Below, in pieces: positions 60,214-64,000 of a DNA stretch of 64,000 bases. The notes beneath the pieces are model-generated. The model did no database searches. It was not told the origin of the DNA and saw only the letters and a list, made by a program, of their open reading frames with translations. Origin of the DNA: Eledone cirrhosa. Taxonomy: Eukaryota. The position numbers and the translations under genes are program-made. Location of the stretch: NCBI GenBank assembly GCA_964016885.1, contig OZ024753.1:310001-374000 (forward strand), in the 5' to 3' direction. The stretch's first letter is position 1. Each line of letters begins with the position of its first letter.

Positions 60214-60631
60214 TTATTACAAATAACAGGAGGCATGTTCTGGTGTAAATCCTTGAAAGGTTTATCTTACTATGATCATTTCAATGACCGGGTTCAGTAT
60301 GAATCCGGTGACATCATCAGGCAATTGAAAACATAACGAAGGAATATATCAGATAAAAATCTTTGGTGTTTAAATCAGAGACAGGAGGGCAGCCGGTATA
60401 TTAGCCCTGCACGAGGGCGGTCGACGTAGATACAAGTCGCTAATATACCGGCTGCCCTCCTGTCTCTGATTTAAACACCAAAGATTTTTATCTGATATAT
60501 TCCTTCGTTATATTTTCAATTGCCTGATGATGTCACCGGATTCATACTGAACCCAGTCATTGAAATGATCATAGTAAGATAAACCTTTCAAGGATTTACA
60601 CCAGAACATGCCTCCTGTTATTTTGTAATAA
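60214..60631. repeat. Inverted repeat with about 192-bp arms (60214-60405/60439-60631)
   Basis: Near-perfect reverse-complement arms with a 33-bp spacer. Confidence 0.92.
60520..60577 (+). ncRNA. Minimal hammerhead ribozyme motif (mirror copy at 60267-60324, minus strand)
   Basis: ttgc-CUGAUGA-stem II-GAAA-UGAUCA-UA-gtaa; palindromic stem III ATGATCAT. Confidence 0.7.
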
Positions 60632-60644
60632 ATAAATATATATA

Positions 60645-60966
60645 TATGTAATTGTTTTTCACCGCTCCAAATAATGACGTATTATCTTCGTTTTTTCCCG
60701 TTCTTTGCCAGGGAACGTTTCCACGAACCAAAGTATCGTCTTCCTGTCTTCCTCCGGTTGCAACGTTTTTTGAAATATTTACTTCTGCGTTCACAGATTG
60801 ACTTTTTTAGTTTCAGAAGATCCCGTTAAGGGTGAAAGCAGCAATTCTTTACTTAAACTTTAATCTGTTATTTTAATAAATATTTGCTCTACGGTTCTTA
60901 TATATTTGATATATATTTATCCTTATCGAGCCCTCTTTGGATTTTAGTCTTCAAATTTATTATTAC

Positions 60967-60968
<2 letters not shown>
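60645..60968 (+). repeat. Interspersed repeat with hammerhead-like CAGAAGA...GAAA
   Basis: Inverted copy at 62690-62920; also homologous to 9727-9935. Confidence 0.7.
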
Positions 60969-61006
<38 letters not shown>

Positions 61007-61011
61007 CACGG

Positions 61012-61135
61012 TGAAGGCGCGTGGCTGAGTGGTTAGAGAATTGGATTCGCAATCGTGAGGCTGTGAGTTCGATTCCCGAACCGGGTGATGCGTTGTGTCC
61101 TTGGGCAAGACACTTTATTTCACATTGCTCCTTCT
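61012..61135 (+). mobile_element. tRNA-derived CORE-type SINE fragment
   Basis: Box A tggctgagtggt, box B gagttcgattccc, CORE-like gtgtccttgggcaagacacttta. Confidence 0.75.
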
Positions 61136-61257
61136 ACTTGGAGTTGCGACCGGTAGAGAGTATTAGTAATTGGAAAGGCCAATGGAAACATTGTTTCCTC
61201 AGTCCGATTTGAAGAAAGTCGATCGACTGTCGATATATATATATATATATATATATA

Positions 61258-61710
61258 CAGGGTGCCCATAAAGTCTCGTTACAATTTTAAAATGTTATTA
61301 CAAAAGCAAATGAACAGACAAATATGTGGAAATTATTACAAAATGAGGAGTAGATATTGATTTTTTAAAACTAATTTAATACACCTCTATATGGGCACCA
61401 TTAGTTGCACGAAGCACATCAAGACGGTACTCCATTTGTTGCCATGTTCGCTGTAGAATAGCCTGATCAATGGTGGCAATGGCATCAATGATCTTCAGAT
61501 CACTGATGTCCCGTATCTTTGTTCGATACACGATATCTTTAACATAACCCCATAGAAAGAAGTCCACGGAAGTGATATCTGGTGAACTAGGTGGTCAGGG
61601 AATTGGGCCATCCCTTCCAAACCACCGGTCTGGAAATGTTTAATTTAGGAACCTACGAACAGTTCTCAATGTGGTGGTGCACCATCTTGTTGGAAAATGA
61701 TGGTTGGTTG
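61258..61710 (-). mobile_element. Tc1/mariner-superfamily transposon 3' part (transposase pseudogene plus TIR)
   Basis: FQQDGAPPH...FPDRWFGRDGP..PPSSPDIT.VDFFLWGYVKDIVY...NGAHIE; TIR cagggtgcccataaagtc preceded by TA. Confidence 0.9.
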
Positions 61711-62006
61711 AATATATATATATATGTGTGTGTGTGTGTTTGCTAAAAGTCACATGTGACATATACAGGAAACTCGGAAGAGACAAGCACATGGACAATT
61801 CCCGCTCATCGGCTATCTTCTGGGAATCATTATAGTTTCGAGTGCTTCAATAATGTCTAAAGTAAAATAGCTATTTGGGATAAAAACACAACGGACATTG
61901 GACAAAAAGGAAAAAAAATCGAAACGAAATATCTACATACCCATATGGAAGGGGAAAATTGCTACAATCGAATGCAACACACAAATGTTGATAGGTAACC
62001 GCAATA

Positions 62007-62440
62007 GCCCTCGTCTGGGATGTCACTTACAGCGACACTTTCTTCAGCCGCAACCTGGTGCAGTCTGCGACTAACCCAGGTTCTGCTGCACTTTGGGTTC
62101 AGGAGGCCAAACTCTCCAAGTACCGGTCGCTCTCCGACAGGTTTGCAGTCGTGCCCTTGGCAGTGGAGACTTCTAGTGTCCTTGGCCCTAGGGCTACCTC
62201 CCTACTCAGCACCATAGGCGCTCAGCTGGCCAGCCGCAGGTGTGAGCCTCGCGAGATGGAATGGCTCTTCCAGCGCATTTCCCTTACCATCCTCCGGAGA
62301 AACGCCTTCTCCGCCGAGGCTGGGGGGGGGGGGGGGCAGCACGTGGGACCCCATTTGCCCACTACACAGAGAGATGGGGGAGATAACGGTGGGAGATCGG
62401 CTCTTCCGTGTTCGGACACATTGCACCTGTCAAGAGTCTA
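62007..62440 (+). mobile_element. CRE-type non-LTR retrotransposon RLE endonuclease remnant
   Basis: ALVWDVT..DT...KLSKY...PLAVETS.VLG...WLFQRISLTILRRNA. Confidence 0.8.
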
Positions 62441-62626
62441 TATTGATGTACTTATAGCTGATATCTATATTTTTTGTTAATAAAGAAATTAATACAAGTT
62501 ATTTCGAGCAATCGCCCTGGAGCTAGTAATAACGGCAAGAGATATGGCGAAGTGGACTGTCCAGGTCAGTAGACGAATACAAAAGAATGAGCCAGAGGGT
62601 TAATGGGAATTTGATAGATAGGGCAG

Positions 62627-62679
<53 letters not shown>

Positions 62680-62974
62680 TTATTTATTTATTAAAATAAC
62701 AGATTAAAGTTTAAGCAAAGAATCGCTGCTTTCACCCTTAACGGGATCTTCTGAAACTAACAAAGTCAATCTGTAAACGCAGAAGTAAATATTTCAAAAA
62801 ACGTTGCAACCGGAGGAAGACAGGAAGACGATACTTTGGTTCGTGGAAACGTTCGCTGGCTCAGAACGGGAAAAAACGAATAATACGTCATTAATAGGAG
62901 CGGTGAAAAACAATTACGCGCAAAGACAGAACCACGTTTATGGTATAAAAAAGGTCGTAGACTAATGTTCTCTT

Positions 62975-63011
<37 letters not shown>

Positions 63012-63044
63012 CATACATACATACGTGTGTGTGTATATGTGTGT

Positions 63045-63340
63045 TAGAACGTCGGATAGAATGCTTTATGGTATTCGTTCTGGCTCTCTCTTCTCTGAGT
63101 TCAAATGCCGCCAAGGTCAACTTTCCCTTTCATCCTTTCGAGGTCGATAAAAAAAGTACCAGTCTAGTAGTGGGGTCGATTCTTCCTCTATATCTCTTTC
63201 TCATTTCTTCTCTCTCTCCCACTTTCTATCTTTCTCTGATAGAAATCAGCTGAACTAAGGCCTGGAGAGGGATAGGCTCTGCCAGGCTTAAAATGCCCAA
63301 GAAATGCCGTATGTTAATCCGGTGCTCCTACGACTCTGTC
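63045..63340 (+). mobile_element. SINE (long-tail subfamily)
   Basis: Similar to 44140-44425. Confidence 0.75.
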
Positions 63341-63376
63341 AGAAGTTACGGGACCATTCCATATCATATATATAAA

Positions 63377-63593
63377 CAGGGGCGGGGAGCAAGGGAGCGA
63401 CCCTCCAATAATTATATTTTTCTCCCCAAACTATTTGCATTTGCGCTACAATCTATGTACATGTCATGTTTATCGAAGTCTTTTTTTATACCTTGGTTGA
63501 TATTTAATACTAGCAGCTAAACTAACCACTACAACTAAATTGACCAATTTTGCTCCCCCCCTCTCCAATTCAGAAATGCTTCCACCACCCCTG
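63377..63593. mobile_element. Putative MITE (caggggcgg...ccacccctg)
   Basis: Short imperfect TIR; TSD unclear. Confidence 0.4.
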
Positions 63594-64000
63594 GTATATA
63601 CATATACGTACGTACATATATACATACATGCATGCATACATATATATATATACATACATACACATATACATATATACACATATAAATTCATGGGGAAATT
63701 ATGGTATGTAGTATGTCTGACTATATCCTCTTTTCATAACTAGATTAGACTAATCTTTAAAAGAAAAGAAATAATAATAAATAATAATATATAAAAAAGA
63801 TCAACCTTAAAAGTAAATATCTTTTTTATTTAAAAAGCCAAATTTGTAAAGAACTGCGTTATCTGTTTTTCAGCATTGGCCTTTCACCTTAACACGAAAT
63901 TTATAATTCAGCACTTATTTACTACATGTTATTCGGTTATTTGAAGCCTCTCCTTTCTTTGGATCATACCTCCACCATAACATTCCTTCTACATCACTCC

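Noticed and set aside
61012-61085. Possible tRNA gene
   Set aside because: Continues into a CORE-like SINE body with no proper acceptor stem. The same applies to the other box A/box B heads.

Overview
Repeat-saturated, AT-rich animal genomic DNA (intergenic or intronic). It is most consistent with an octopod cephalopod, inferred from the tRNA-derived SINE families and the abundant (TA)n/(CA)n/(GA)n tracts. No intact host gene was recognised, and almost all long ORFs in the track are microsatellite or minisatellite translations. Recognisable content: many tRNA-derived SINEs; decayed non-LTR retrotransposons (RTE, an internally deleted Tx1/L1-type element, CRE-type RLE fragments); a Penelope-like (Naiad-type) GIY-YIG remnant; Helitrons; Tc1/mariner and hAT MITEs; a 45-bp satellite; and a near-perfect 615-bp x6.1 tandem array. 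The main signal is a dense set of more than a dozen sequence-diverse hammerhead-ribozyme motifs (CUGANGA...GAAA...UH, many with short palindromic stem III). They lie in short islands between (TA)n tracts and often in fold-back inverted repeats, consistent with Penelope-like pseudo-LTR or retrozyme-type elements associated with TA microsatellites. All RNA folds were read by eye and coordinates are approximate to a few bases.
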